Assembly: GCA_965116955.1 (NCBI GenBank)
Contig: OZ220742.1
Span: 3,038,542-3,102,541, forward strand
From: Thermoanaerobaculia bacterium
GTDB lineage: Bacteria > Acidobacteriota > Thermoanaerobaculia > Multivoradales > Multivoraceae
Length of the DNA stretch: 64,000 nucleotides
Direction of reading: 5' to 3'
The notes under the pieces were generated by a model that had not been told where the DNA came from, searched no databases, and saw only the letters and a list, made by a program, of their open reading frames with translations. Positions 31,886-41,550 of the stretch are shown piece after piece; within the stretch, counting starts at the first letter, position 1; each line of letters starts with the position of its first letter. The position numbers were made by a program, and so were the translations under genes.

Positions 31886-32300
31886 GTGACGGAGGCGGCC
31901 GGACTCTACGTCCACATCCCGTTCTGTTCGGCGATCTGCCCGTACTGCGACTTCGCGGTGGTGCGTGGAGGCGAGACGGATCGGGAGCGGTTCGTTGCCG
32001 CTCTTGACAGGGAGATCGAGGAACGTGGTTCAAATGCGGATGAAGGCGGATTCGCCGGCGGGCGGGCCGGTCTTCGAGGCTGCCGGGTTCGACACGGTGT
32101 ACTTCGGGGCGGTACGCCGTCGGCATTGAGCCTCGAGCAGCTTGGGGCGATTCGGCGGCGGTTGGTCGGGACGTTCGCGATCGATCCGGAGGCTGAGTGG
32201 CCGATCGACGTGAATCCGGAGGATGCGTCGGCTGAGGCTGGCGGGGTGGCGGGAGCTTGGCTTCGACCGGATCAGCCTGGGGCTGAAGGCTCTGGACGCG
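31886..32300 (+). pseudogene. degraded duplicate of the hemW 5' end (radical-SAM CX3CX2C region), about 90% identical by eye to 38686-39100; frameshifted and truncated
   Basis: Nucleotide-level alignment by eye with the intact hemW start: same YVHIPFCSAICPYCDF block, about 1 substitution per 10 nt, a 1-nt deletion near 32110. Homology ends at about 32290, where a transposase fragment begins. Confidence 0.7.
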
Positions 32301-32641
32301 CTGCGGACATCACCTACATTCCGGTCCGTTCAGGCTTCCTGTACCTGGTGGCGGTGATGGACGCCGGGATCAGAATCATGATGGACGGCCGCGGCCGCTT
32401 CTTCGACAACATCTTCATCGAGCGCCTCTGGCGCTCCCTCAAGCACGAGGCGGTCTACCCGCACGAGTTGGCCTCGGGCCTCGAGGCCCGAGGCATCATC
32501 GGCGGATGGATGGCCTTCTACAATGACGAAAGGCGGCACACGGCGCTCGGCCGTAGCACGCCTGCCGAGGCACACCGCCGACTGATCGGCATTCCGCAGA
32601 ATCGACAGTTTTCCACAGCCCCGGCGGCGGCTGCGGCGTGA
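32291..32641 (+). mobile_element. IS3/IS481-family DDE transposase (rve integrase core) remnant, 5'-truncated and internally deleted
   Basis: DITYIPVRSGFLYLVAVMD (first catalytic Asp region) is fused directly to C-terminal FDNIFIERLWRSLKHEAVY...YNDERRHTALGRSTPAE. The middle of the core is missing. Confidence 0.6.
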
Positions 32642-32746
32642 TCAGACCATGAAGCACACTCTTAGTTAGCTCCGCCCCGAAACTGTCCAAAAGAACCGGG
32701 ACCACCTCTAAACGACCCGGGTCTCATAACGGATCCAAGTCGCTCG

Positions 32747-35700
32747 CTACTGATCTGGGACAATACCAACATTCCCTGCTGACGACATGAACAAAGTGCC
32801 AAAGGTCCCTCTATCCGACTCCAATCCTCCTGGTCTCAATGCCTCTCTACTGCCGAGTTGATCTTCCGGGATGAAGCCGGACGCAGCCACATTCTTCGCA
32901 CCATCGATCCAAAACCAGGCACCTGGCTTCAAGTTCCTGACCTCTAACCTCCCGCCGCGGTAAGCGCCGGTCCTCCTGAAGCAGAACGCTCTTTCGATCC
33001 GGCCGCTCACCGTGCCCGTTGGATCAGCGTAGAAAGTGTTCCAGCTATGAGTGTTCCCACAGACGACCTTGACTCTCACCGGTTTCCCCGGATCTGCCGC
33101 TTCTCCTACGAAACCTCCGGCACCGCCCCAATACGGCGCTACGTACAAAGGATCCTTCTGTTCCAGCTCCTTGCTGTGAACAATGATGGCCGACACTCCT
33201 GAAACATGAGTGAGAAAACTAGCATATCTTCCAACATCCGTTTGGACCGCGTTCGGAACGAACGCCGGCACATCCCCATCAAGATGATCCTTGCAGACAA
33301 GAGGAGCCACGGCCACTCCGTTCTTCGGGGTCTGAATCCAGTACCAGCCGTTGTCTTGAATGCCAGCAAACGAAACAGTGCCGCGTCGGGCACGACCCTC
33401 CCGGTCCCGGCAAAAAGGCAGGTCGACCAACCTGACGATCATTCGTTGGCGATTGTCGCCAATGAACTCGTCTGAGACGTGCCTCCGAAAACCACAAGAT
33501 ACCGTGACTTCGGCAGAGGTGTTCCCGCCTTCCGGCCTGATGACGAATCCGCCGTTACCCCTCCAATAAGGAGTCACATGCGCCGTGCGACATTCCGAAG
33601 TGGCATAGACACCATCGTCGTCCTCCTCGTGATCAGTTGGCGGCAAAGGCGGAAGAGGATCTCGCTCAGGGGGCAATGGACGCGGAACTGCTGGGGGAGA
33701 GCCCTTGATATGACCGAAGATCGTCAAGTTCCATGAGTTCAGGGTGGAGGCGGCATCGGGATCATGGCGTTCATCGCGAATACGAAGTCGCCAAACACCG
33801 TTGGCAGTCTCCCCAATGTGCCTGGCGCTGCCTGTTCGCAGAAAGCCGTCGACCGCGACTTCAGGAGGATAGCCGATGTCAGGTTGCAGTTTGACCGGAA
33901 CGGTGAGGACCGAAACGGCGCCTGAGGGAGACTCGAGTTCCATGCGAAGGTGGCGGAGAGTCTCTGACTGGAGCTCCATCTCGATTGCAACGAACTCTAT
34001 AAAATCAATGCTGGAGTCCGCGATTGTGATCGTGTTTACAAGACCGAACGCAGAATCGCGATTCGCCGTATCGCCCAGTGGAAGAAAAACGCCCGGAGTT
34101 GGAGCGACCCCGATGTCCGCATTGGGAATAGTGAGACTGAGATTGTCATTGGAAGAGTAGGTGCCCTCGATCATCGCGCCCACACGGCCTCTGCGCTCCC
34201 AGTCCTCTGCCAGTTCGATAGCTGCTTCTAGATCGACAAGGCCGTAGCCGTACTTGTGGCTGAACCGGTACTGTTCGGACGGCGAGCCATACTTTCCTGC
34301 GCCTACAGCCCAGTTACCGTCTACCAAGCCGGCCTGCGTGGCCGATCCTGCGAGAATGAGCCGCACGTCCCTCCACATACACCGATGGCAAGCCTGGCGA
34401 ACGAGCGCGGCTACTCCCGAGACGAGCGGCGCCGATCCTGAGGTGCCGTTGAATGTCTTCACATACCTACTGTAGGGCCATGTCGTCATCAAAGCCGGAT
34501 CAGGGGCAGGGGGATCGACATCAGAGCCAGCGTGTGGGTCCTTCTGGGAAGGTGCACAGAGAAGAAGATTGGAGCCGAACTGCGAATAGGATGCTACTTC
34601 TCCGTCTTCTCCTACAGCGCAGATGGCCGCCACTCCATAGTAACTCGCCACCTCACTCAGGTTGGAGTAGGCCAGGTCCGCCGCACCCGCCCGATCGTTG
34701 CCGCCGGCAAACACGTAGAAGACACCCTTCCCGCCATAGCCCCGGGACACACCGAGGTCAATCGCCTTGCGCCAGATAGCATCGGACAGTGCCGGACCCG
34801 TAAATCCGATCCGGCCAGGACCCCAACTGTTGTTGGAAACCGCAGCTGTGCGAACGTTAATCAACATCGACTCTGCAGCGCCGAGGGCTGTAGAATTGGC
34901 ATCGAGATAGTTGACGCCGAATAGTTTGGCCCGAGGTGCAACACCTCGGCTTCCGAAGGAGTTGTCTCGAGCTGCGATCAGGCCCGCGACCTGTGTGCCG
35001 TGATTAGCCCATAAGCCGAGCAGATTGCCGTCGCCACTGTAGTCTAAGCTCAAGTCTTTTTCGACGTTCTGAACGAGGTCCGCGTGCTGCAGATCGAGAC
35101 TGTCATCCACTACTCCTACCAAGATTCCCTCGCCTCTATACGTGTTCCAGGTGTCACCCACGGAGATATCAATGCCAGATCCGGTATTACTCAAATGCCA
35201 CGCGCAGCCCGCATAGGGATCCGAGAGAAGTGTGGGCGGGCACCCGTCAAGGAACCGTTGGGAAACATCTACGATGCCCAGAATCGCGTAGTAGTACTCC
35301 CGTCCAACGCTTCGGGGGAAGACCCGCACGGAGTAGGCGCCGGCGTCAAGGAGCGCCGTAATCGTGAATCCGCTCGGACCTTTGTGCCAAAAAGGTTGGT
35401 CGTAGTGAACACGACCAACGGGGCGACCAACGGAGTCGGTCATCACGGCATCCACGACGCCTCCGTGAGAAAAGCCCCTAATGAAGACTGCTTCCCTTTC
35501 GGTTAGGATGAACTCGTACCGAGTACCAGGTCCAACTGCTCTCGTCCTACCGACGAAAGGGCGCCCAAAGTAGCCGAAGAGCGTTCCCATATCCAAAGTG
35601 CGAGAGGCAAGTTCGAGGTTCTGGGCAGTCATATACACAACGGTTGGATACGCATTCTCGGCTCCGCCAGTAGTCCCACCTCTCCTAAGACGCAAAAAAT

Positions 35701-36913
35701 ACGTACCAGGCGCGAGCTCACCGTACAAGTACGGTCTGCCATAGCTAGATGAGAACAAATCAGATTCGCCTCCTAAAAGAGCGTTCTGGTCCTCGTCGTC
35801 GGCCAAGGAGTCTGCTGCCGGGCAGCAGTCGCTTTCGGAGTAGACTGCAATCCTCATACGTGCCCGATTCCATGCACTAATCAACACGGCTGTCTGCTCC
35901 TCGATGACGAAGCGGAACCATTCATCATCAAGTCCGAACTGAACCTCCACCGGCTTTCCGTCCACCAACTTGATGTGGTTCAGCATCGAGCCTGCGGACG
36001 TGTTCATTGCCGGCACATCGAAGTAGAGGTCCCCAGGCCGATCGGAATTTGTATCACACTCGGCCTCCTCTGACGGAAAATCCGGAAAGTCCCGCCAGGT
36101 CAGGTCGGCATGACCGAACTCGTAGATCCAAACGGTGTACGCACCTGGACGAGATGCGGGTGCATCGGGATCGGACGCAACCTGAAAGTGAAGAGTCCCC
36201 GTGAAAGAACCCGTGGTTTTGAAGTAGAGGAGGGCGTCGTTGTACTCGCCGTCAGGGACCCGCGCGTCAAAGATGGGAAGTGATAGACTCAGAGGTGGCG
36301 GAGGAGGAATGGCGGGGTCTGGAGCCTCGAGTATGTTCCATTTGAGGACTTCCGGCAGTGAGAGGCCGAGCCTGCCTGTTGTCATGATTGCGAGGCATCG
36401 GGTTCCGTCGACGTCAAACTGATAGTGATCGACATCGCTCGAAGAAGACAAGAATCCTGCAATGGGAACGCCAATTGGAACCGGAGTGGCATTGCGAATG
36501 TTGGCGATGTATTGCTCCAGTTCTGCCGGCGGAGGGAGAGTCTCCGGGAGGCCGGCGGAGTCGCCTGGCGTTGTCCGTGCAAGAGTGGACCAGGCGCCGG
36601 AGCCAGAACCGGATATCGCCCGAACCTGGACGCGATACTCGATCGCATTCTCTAGGCCAGATAGAAGCTCGTACAGGACGTTGCCATGCGTGCGGTTTCC
36701 TACGCCAACGATGTGTGTCCAGTTCGTACCGCTATCGGACGAGTACCGAAGTTCATGTGTGAGATTTGCTTGATCAGGCGTAGTCCACGTGACGGAGAGA
36801 GACCGCTCACCCTTCCAAAGCTCGACATCAGTGGGTGGTGGCGGCTGAGTACGAGCCAGAGATGCGGTCATTGTGAACATGATGAGGAGGAGGCAGATGA
36901 GCTTTGGCATCAC
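32747..36913 (-). CDS. 1388-aa secreted multidomain S8 subtilisin-family peptidase (signal peptide, FN3, about 3 PPC-like domains, S8 catalytic domain, P-domain-like, 2 C-terminal repeats)
   Basis: Catalytic triad motifs VGVVDDS, NHGTQVAG, GTSGSAPLVSG. FN3-like N-terminus. D.Y.F / D.WFRF PPC-like repeats. Repeated PYW.G.GGFV C-terminal modules. Visibly lower GC and different codon usage than the flanks. Confidence 0.8.
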   Translation of the reverse strand: MMPKLICLLLIMFTMTASLARTQPPPPTDVELWKGERSLSVTWTTPDQANLTHELRYSSDSGTNWTHIVGVGNRTHGNVLYELLSGLENAIEYRVQVRAISGSGSGAWSTLARTTPGDSAGLPETLPPPAELEQYIANIRNATPVPIGVPIAGFLSSSSDVDHYQFDVDGTRCLAIMTTGRLGLSLPEVLKWNILEAPDPAIPPPPPLSLSLPIFDARVPDGEYNDALLYFKTTGSFTGTLHFQVASDPDAPASRPGAYTVWIYEFGHADLTWRDFPDFPSEEAECDTNSDRPGDLYFDVPAMNTSAGSMLNHIKLVDGKPVEVQFGLDDEWFRFVIEEQTAVLISAWNRARMRIAVYSESDCCPAADSLADDEDQNALLGGESDLFSSSYGRPYLYGELAPGTYFLRLRRGGTTGGAENAYPTVVYMTAQNLELASRTLDMGTLFGYFGRPFVGRTRAVGPGTRYEFILTEREAVFIRGFSHGGVVDAVMTDSVGRPVGRVHYDQPFWHKGPSGFTITALLDAGAYSVRVFPRSVGREYYYAILGIVDVSQRFLDGCPPTLLSDPYAGCAWHLSNTGSGIDISVGDTWNTYRGEGILVGVVDDSLDLQHADLVQNVEKDLSLDYSGDGNLLGLWANHGTQVAGLIAARDNSFGSRGVAPRAKLFGVNYLDANSTALGAAESMLINVRTAAVSNNSWGPGRIGFTGPALSDAIWRKAIDLGVSRGYGGKGVFYVFAGGNDRAGAADLAYSNLSEVASYYGVAAICAVGEDGEVASYSQFGSNLLLCAPSQKDPHAGSDVDPPAPDPALMTTWPYSRYVKTFNGTSGSAPLVSGVAALVRQACHRCMWRDVRLILAGSATQAGLVDGNWAVGAGKYGSPSEQYRFSHKYGYGLVDLEAAIELAEDWERRGRVGAMIEGTYSSNDNLSLTIPNADIGVAPTPGVFLPLGDTANRDSAFGLVNTITIADSSIDFIEFVAIEMELQSETLRHLRMELESPSGAVSVLTVPVKLQPDIGYPPEVAVDGFLRTGSARHIGETANGVWRLRIRDERHDPDAASTLNSWNLTIFGHIKGSPPAVPRPLPPERDPLPPLPPTDHEEDDDGVYATSECRTAHVTPYWRGNGGFVIRPEGGNTSAEVTVSCGFRRHVSDEFIGDNRQRMIVRLVDLPFCRDREGRARRGTVSFAGIQDNGWYWIQTPKNGVAVAPLVCKDHLDGDVPAFVPNAVQTDVGRYASFLTHVSGVSAIIVHSKELEQKDPLYVAPYWGGAGGFVGEAADPGKPVRVKVVCGNTHSWNTFYADPTGTVSGRIERAFCFRRTGAYRGGRLEVRNLKPGAWFWIDGAKNVAASGFIPEDQLGSREALRPGGLESDRGTFGTLFMSSAGNVGIVPDQ

Positions 36914-37431
36914 ATCTTGTCCAACTGAAGCAGCCAGTTCGGCGACGCAATGGCGACGCCCTCGTGTATCGCGAGCTTGTTGGCCAGATCGAGGGTTTCG
37001 TGAATCGTGGGCTTTGTGGGGATAATGAAACTATTGGGCATCCAGTCGAGAGCCTTGGCATCAGATAGTCCATGAGCGATGAGGAACGCACGGACTCTTT
37101 CGTTGGTCCAGTCGGCGTCCAACACGAGAATGACCCCTCCGACTAACGCTCTCAGGTTTCCCGCAGAGTCCTGAAAGACGGGATTCGAACGTGAAGGCTC
37201 TTTAGTAGGCGACGTGGCGCTCGGATGAGCTGAAAGGGGGGCGTCCGTTGTTGCTTTGGCGATTCTCAGCTTTCCGTTCTTCGATTTCTCGACGAGGTAG
37301 TCCCTTTGTAGAACGATGCGGATCTGACGACTACCGTCATAGTAGAAGTATGCAGGATCGTGTGGCTCTTGTGCTAAGAGTGGGTTTTGAAGGAGGGAGA
37401 GGCTCAGGATTGCGAGGGGCAGTACCTTCAT
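36910..37431 (-). CDS. small secreted protein, C-terminal part resembling subtilisin propeptide/inhibitor I9 fold; translationally coupled to the S8 peptidase (ATGA overlap)
   Basis: Signal peptide MKVLPLAILSLSLLQNPLLAQ. C-terminal LVLDADWTNERVRAFLIAHGLSDAKALDWMPNSFIIPTKP...LANKLAIHEGVAIASPNW fits the I9-like pattern (inference). ATG at 37431 is preceded by a GAGGAAA RBS. Confidence 0.5.
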   Translation of the reverse strand: MKVLPLAILSLSLLQNPLLAQEPHDPAYFYYDGSRQIRIVLQRDYLVEKSKNGKLRIAKATTDAPLSAHPSATSPTKEPSRSNPVFQDSAGNLRALVGGVILVLDADWTNERVRAFLIAHGLSDAKALDWMPNSFIIPTKPTIHETLDLANKLAIHEGVAIASPNWLLQLDKM

Positions 37432-37699
37432 ACGTCTTTCCTCGGCCACCAGAACGGTGCTCAGCGGGTTCATCGAGCAGCGTTGGTTGGGAGTGTGCGC
37501 GGAGAGCGAGTGGTGCAAGGGTTGTGTGTCCGCGAGGATCCGATGTCAGGCAACGGGCGGTGGCATGCTCGTTTGAGGCGAGTGTGGCACATTTATGCGA
37601 AAGAAGCGCGAAGGAAAGGGCGTGAAAGGCGACTGGAGTGTGAATAGAGGGCGCACGTTGTTGGTCGCTAGCCTGAAGCTGGTCGGTCGGCGACCCAGG

Positions 37700-38595
37700 C
37701 GGGGCAGGCAGGCCTCGAGGCCGCGGAGCCAAGGGTCTGCCGGGTCCTTCGCGAGCGGTCGGTGGAGGCGAGCCCAACGAGAACGTGCCGCAAGTAGGAC
37801 GAGCGCGGAAGCGAGAGGATCGCAAAGGCAGGGCCCGCAGCGCCGTCACGGCACCCACTGGAGCAGGCGCCGCCTGGCAGCGAAGCTCGGCGTTTCCCAG
37901 ATGACGATCGCGCGGCTGTGGCGCAAGCACGGTCTGCGGTCTCATCGGCTCCATCGGTACATGGCGCCCAACGACCCGGACTTCGAGAAGAAGACGGCTG
38001 AGATCATCGGCCTGTACGTGAATCCACCCGTCCACGCGGCGGTGTTCTGTGTGGACGAGAAGACCGCGATTCAGGCTCTGGATCGCAAGGACCCGGTGCT
38101 GCCGCTGTCCCCGGGTCGTGCAGAGCGTCACGGCTTCGAGTACCGGCGCCACGGGACGGTGTCGCTGCATGCGGCGTTCAACACGGACACCGGCGAGGTG
38201 GTGGGCGAGACGGCGCCTCGGCACACGTCCGAAGAGTTCGTGGCCTTTCTCGGCGAGTTAGTGGCTCATCACCCCAAGGGGCAGGAGATCCCGTCATCGT
38301 GGACAACTTCTCCGCGCACAAGACCGCCAAGGTGGCCAAGTTCCTCGACGCTCATCCCAACGTCCACATGCGCTTCACGCCAACCTACTCGTCCTGGCCT
38401 AATCAGGTCGAACTCTGGTTCGGGAAGATCCAACGCGATGTCATCGCCAGGGGCGTGTTCACGTCCGGCGCCGACCTGCGACGAAAGCTGATGCGTTACG
38501 TCCGCGAATACAACAAGAAAGCCAAGCCCGTGAAGTGGAAATACACCAATCCGTCAAGACGACTTAGTGCCGAAACCCAAGTTACAGTCGACTAG
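37700..38595 (+). mobile_element. IS630 (Tc1/mariner)-family transposase pseudogene: degenerate N-terminus and a 1-nt frameshift near 38285
   Basis: LGVSQMTIARLWRKHGL HTH, FCVDEKTAIQALDRK (first D), then a frame change between HHPKGQEIP and VIVDNFSAHKT (second D), then FTPTYSSWPNQVELWF (E region). Confidence 0.65.
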
Positions 38596-38683
38596 GAGCC
38601 GATCGTCGGCGCGAGAATCCGGGGTTCCTTGCCAGGGATGAGGAGCACGATTGGGGCGGTAGGGTTCAATGGTGAGGAGCGGG

Positions 38684-39844
38684 ATGGGTGTGAGGGAGGC
38701 AGCCGGGCTGTACGTCCATATCCCGTTCTGTTCGGCGATCTGTCCGTACTGTGACTTCGCCGTGGCGCGGGGTGGCGAGGCGGATGGGGAGCGGTTCGTT
38801 GCCGCTCTTGACAGGGAGATCGCTTCCTGGGCGGGTAGATCGGAAGAGGGCTTCGGGACCAGCCGCTTCGACACGGTGTACTTCGGAGGCGGTACTCCCT
38901 CGGCGTTGAGTCTGGAGCAGCTTGGGGTGGTTCGGCGGCGGTTGGTCGGGACGTTTGCGATCGATCCGGAGGCGGAATGGACGATCGAGGTGAATCCGGA
39001 GGATGCTTCGGTTGAGGGGCTGGCGGGGTGGCGGGAACTTGGTTTCGACCGGATCAGCCTGGGGCTGCAGGCGCTGGATGATCGGGCGTTGCGCTTTCTC
39101 GGCCGCAGGCACGATGCGGCTGCGGCGCGGTTGAGCGTCGAACGGGCGCGGGAGGCGGGCTTCCGGTCGGTGTCGGTCGACCTGATCTACTCCCTGCCCG
39201 GCTTCGATGGCGGCTGGTGGCTTCGGACGCTGGACGAGGCGGCGGCGCTCGGGCCGGATCACATCTCCTGCTACGAACTGACGATCCACGACGGGACGCC
39301 GTTCGGGCGGCGGCGGGACGCGGGCAGGTTGCGGGAAACCGGCGAGGACGAGCGGGCCGCCAACTTCGTGGCTACCCACCGTCGCCTCGCGGGGCTTGGC
39401 TACGAGGGGTACGAGGTCTCGAACTTCGCGCGCCGCGAGGCGGATCGGAGCCGCCACAACCGGAAGTACTGGCGGCATCAGCCGTACCTGGGGCTGGGAC
39501 CTTCGTCGCACTCCTTCGCCGGTCGCAGCCGGTCGTGGAACGTGGCGCCTTGGAGGGACTGGAGCGACGCGGTGGCGGGCGGCGGCTCGCCGGTTGCCGG
39601 TCGGGAGGAGTTGACGGACGATCAGTTGCTGCTGGAAGCCGTGATGATGGGACTTCGCCAGCGCTCCGGCATCGACTGCGCCGCCCTGGAACGGCGTTTC
39701 GGGATCGACCCGGCAGCCGGCAACGCCGGGCGGATCGAAGCCTGGGAGAAAGCGGGCTGGCTTCGTGTGCGCGATCGTCGCCTGGAGCCGACCCTCGAGG
39801 GCATGGCCCGGGCCGACCGCTTGGCGAGGGAGTGGAGCCTCTAG
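38684..39844 (+). CDS. hemW: radical SAM heme chaperone HemW (coproporphyrinogen III oxidase-like)
   Basis: CSAICPYC radical-SAM motif, 387 aa, HemN-like C-terminal domain. Intact reading frame. Confidence 0.85.
   Translation: MGVREAAGLYVHIPFCSAICPYCDFAVARGGEADGERFVAALDREIASWAGRSEEGFGTSRFDTVYFGGGTPSALSLEQLGVVRRRLVGTFAIDPEAEWTIEVNPEDASVEGLAGWRELGFDRISLGLQALDDRALRFLGRRHDAAAARLSVERAREAGFRSVSVDLIYSLPGFDGGWWLRTLDEAAALGPDHISCYELTIHDGTPFGRRRDAGRLRETGEDERAANFVATHRRLAGLGYEGYEVSNFARREADRSRHNRKYWRHQPYLGLGPSSHSFAGRSRSWNVAPWRDWSDAVAGGGSPVAGREELTDDQLLLEAVMMGLRQRSGIDCAALERRFGIDPAAGNAGRIEAWEKAGWLRVRDRRLEPTLEGMARADRLAREWSL
38686..39100 (+). repeat. direct repeat partner (inside intact hemW) of the degraded copy at 31886-32300
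   Basis: See pseudogene entry. Identity estimated by eye only. Confidence 0.65.
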
Positions 39845-41490
39845 CGGAACACGGACGCTTCGAGTTCCACGTCGGCGCTCTGCCACGCATTCACGAAGCG
39901 CTCTTCCACTTCGTTCGCTTCCTGGTTCCGGTCCTGCGCGCGCAGCGCCGTAGCAAGGCCGAACAGGGACCAGCCGTTGTGCGGGTTGTGTTCCAGGTCG
40001 CGGCGGTAGACGGCCTCGGCCTCGGTGGGCCGCCCGGCTTCGAGCAGCACGGCGCCGAGGGAGTGCCGAACGGGGTAGTGGAAGGACGGCGGTTCGGCGT
40101 AGCGGAAACTGTCCTGGAGGGCCACGGCCGAGCGCATCTCGTCGATCGCCCGGCCCATCCGGCCTCGTGCCGCCTGGATCTCGCCGGCCAGCAGGTGTTC
40201 GGTCAGGCGCACCAGGTCGGAACCGGTGGCGAAGGAGATGCGCAGGTCCGAGAGCTCGGGGCTCCTCCGCAGTTTGGCGAGTGCCCTGAGGTGCCGTCTG
40301 GCGCCGCGCGGATCGCTGGTCGCGGCCAGGGCCAGACCCTGGGCGTAGTGCCACATCGCGGTCTGGAAGGTCTGGCCGGCGGGAGGCCGCGGCGTGTCGA
40401 GGACCTCCTGCCAGCGGCCGAACCGGACCCGTGCGAACAGGGGCGTCGCGAGGTAGTTCTGGAGGAAGGCGAGGGTCGGTGCGAGTTCGGCGGGGACTTC
40501 CTCTGCCAGGTTGTCGGCGCTCTCGATAGCGAGTTCGGCGCGGCCGCCGAAGGTCGCCGATGCCCACAGGAAGTGGATGTTGTGGGGGTAGTAGGCGACC
40601 GGGTAGAGCCCCTGGGCGTTGCACTGGGCGATGTAGTCGATGTCGGCGGCGATCGCGCGCTGGTTCGACGTCACGGCGTCGTCGTATCGGCCGACGCGAA
40701 TGTAGATGTGGGCCGGCATGTGGACCAGGTGGCCGGCGGCCGGCATGAGCTTGCCGAGAGCGTCGGCGCTTGGCTCGGCGAGCTGCGGTTCCCGGGCTTC
40801 CATCAGGTGGATGTAGTAGTGGTGGGCGCCCGGGTGGTCCGGATGGGCCGCGATCACCCGCTCGAGGAGTTCCTTCGCTTCCAGGGTTCCCGGCTGCGGC
40901 TCACCGCCGCGCCAGTAGTCCCAAGGCATCGTGTTCATGATCGCCGCGGCGTGCAGGGTGGCCGCTTCCGGGTCGTCCGGGAACCGCTTCGCGACCGCCG
41001 CGATGGCGTCGACCCACGCCGCGTCGAACGCCGGGCGGTCGGCGTCGTCGTCAGTGGAGTAGCGGCTCGCCAGAGCATCGATCAGAGCCTGCTCACGCTC
41101 GTTCCCGCTGGTGCGCCGTCCCTGTGCCTGCTCGAGGCTCTCCAGCGCCTGGAGTTCGCGCTCGCGCGGCATCGAGTCGTTCAGGTTGCGGCCCAGGGCC
41201 AGGGCCTTGCCCCAGTGCGGCATCGCTGCCTCCGGATCGCGCCGCGTCGCCTCCTCGAAGGCCCGTATGGCTTCGGCGTGGTTGAACGCGTAGACGAGGC
41301 GCAGCCCCTGGTCGAAGAACCGCTGCGCCGCCTCCGACGACGTAGTGATGGGGTAGTGCAGGTCGCCCAGGCCCTCCAGCACCGGTGCGAGCGGTTCTCC
41401 GGCGTCGCCGGCCGTGATGGCCGGGACGCCGATCACCGGAATCGTGAACGCGACGATGACGGTTCGCATGAGTCGTGTGCTGGTCCTCAT
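39841..41490 (-). CDS. periplasmic tetratricopeptide (TPR) repeat protein
   Basis: Signal peptide at the internal Met (MRTSTRLMRTVIVAFTIPVIGVPA), then repeated A..A..YY/W...G...A TPR-like helices. Stop overlaps the hemW stop (convergent). Start is inferred. Confidence 0.65.
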   Translation of the reverse strand: MRTSTRLMRTVIVAFTIPVIGVPAITAGDAGEPLAPVLEGLGDLHYPITTSSEAAQRFFDQGLRLVYAFNHAEAIRAFEEATRRDPEAAMPHWGKALALGRNLNDSMPRERELQALESLEQAQGRRTSGNEREQALIDALASRYSTDDDADRPAFDAAWVDAIAAVAKRFPDDPEAATLHAAAIMNTMPWDYWRGGEPQPGTLEAKELLERVIAAHPDHPGAHHYYIHLMEAREPQLAEPSADALGKLMPAAGHLVHMPAHIYIRVGRYDDAVTSNQRAIAADIDYIAQCNAQGLYPVAYYPHNIHFLWASATFGGRAELAIESADNLAEEVPAELAPTLAFLQNYLATPLFARVRFGRWQEVLDTPRPPAGQTFQTAMWHYAQGLALAATSDPRGARRHLRALAKLRRSPELSDLRISFATGSDLVRLTEHLLAGEIQAARGRMGRAIDEMRSAVALQDSFRYAEPPSFHYPVRHSLGAVLLEAGRPTEAEAVYRRDLEHNPHNGWSLFGLATALRAQDRNQEANEVEERFVNAWQSADVELEASVFR

Positions 41491-41550
41491 GGCGGTCAGA
41501 GTAACAGCGGCGGCCGATCGGCAGTAGCATCCGCTCCCGGTGGTTGAGGC

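Noticed and set aside
38666-41547. ORFs 38666-40624 (-) and 39217-41547 (+)
   Set aside because: Antisense to hemW and to the TPR protein. Arg/Pro/Gly-rich.
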